Source: Octopus sinensis
Taxonomy: Eukaryota
Assembly: GCF_006345805.1 (NCBI RefSeq)
Contig: NW_021836149.1
Coordinates: 62,001-126,000, forward strand
Length of the DNA: 64,000 nucleotides
Reading direction: 5' to 3'
The position numbers were made by a program, and so were the translations under genes. The notes beneath the pieces are model-generated. The model made no database searches, was not told the origin of the DNA, and was given only the letters and a program-made list of their open reading frames with translations. How positions within the stretch are numbered: position 1 is the stretch's first letter; the number at the start of each line of letters is the position of its first letter. Below, piece by piece: positions 63,389 to 64,000 of the stretch.

Positions 63389-64000
63389 GAGAGAAAGTAT
63401 GTAGAACCAAGCTTTTCAGTAGATGTGTTATTTAGGTCAAGATGGAAATGTCATTTCATCAATAATTCTAAATATAAGCTATAAGTAGAGGAAGACAGAT
63501 TGAGTTAATGAGAATTCTAAAGGAAAATAACCAATAAATTATTCACTAAGGAAGATATTCTATTTTTAAAAAAACTTATTTTTCATAAAAGTATGAATAT
63601 TTAAAAATTAAAATTAATTCGAATATGATTAAAATAAATGAATATGAAAAATATTAAAAATAAAATAATAAAAATAAAATTGAAAATAATCAAAAATTAA
63701 TTAAACAACCTAATTACAGGATTTAAAAAAATTAAATAACAATAACAAGAGCAATAATAATAATAATAACAACAACAATAATGATGACAACAACAACAAC
63801 AATAACAATCTTTCCAACTCCACCAGTCCCAAAGTTCCCACTTTCTCTTTTCTATGTAGCTCTTCTCCAGCAAGAAATCTATTCTGTTCTGGATCCTTCT
63901 TTCATACTTCAACTCCTCACCACCAAGCATAAAGCCACTGTTCTCTCCTGTGTAACCCCACTCAGTGATCTTAGTCTTGCAAGTTGCATGGCAACCCCAC

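Overview
AT-rich, microsatellite-dense, repeat-dominated animal genomic DNA (intronic or intergenic). The SINE/LINE repertoire is what I associate with octopus-type cephalopod genomes; this is inference. No intact protein-coding gene is recognisable, and almost all listed ORFs are microsatellite or SINE artefacts. Recognisable content: three abundant tRNA-derived SINE families; many 5'-truncated RTE LINE 3' ends with an internal ~60-65 bp hairpin array and (GAT)n tail; decayed RTE, CR1-like and R4/Dong-like LINE fragments; a mariner (DD34D) transposase pseudogene; a maT/Tc1-type fragment; piggyBac-type and hAT-type MITEs; and a non-autonomous Helitron nested in a piggyBac MITE. The most notable signal is a cluster of sequence-distinct Penelope-like element (PLE) remnants or retrozyme-like elements. 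They carry minimal type-I hammerhead ribozymes (clearest at 28622-28673 +, 25986-26030 -, 30224-30491 +, 16380-16434 -, damaged at 47948-47990 +), form fold-back structures and often sit in (TA)n tracts. One is built from a 505-bp tandem monomer and one has a tRNA-like Pol III cassette upstream of its ribozyme. Two have a multi-hairpin motif with compensatory base changes upstream of the ribozyme, which I cannot assign to a known family. A speculative set of same-phase alternative terminal exons on the + strand is also noted. Repeat boundaries are read by eye and are approximate unless TSD/TIR positions are given.
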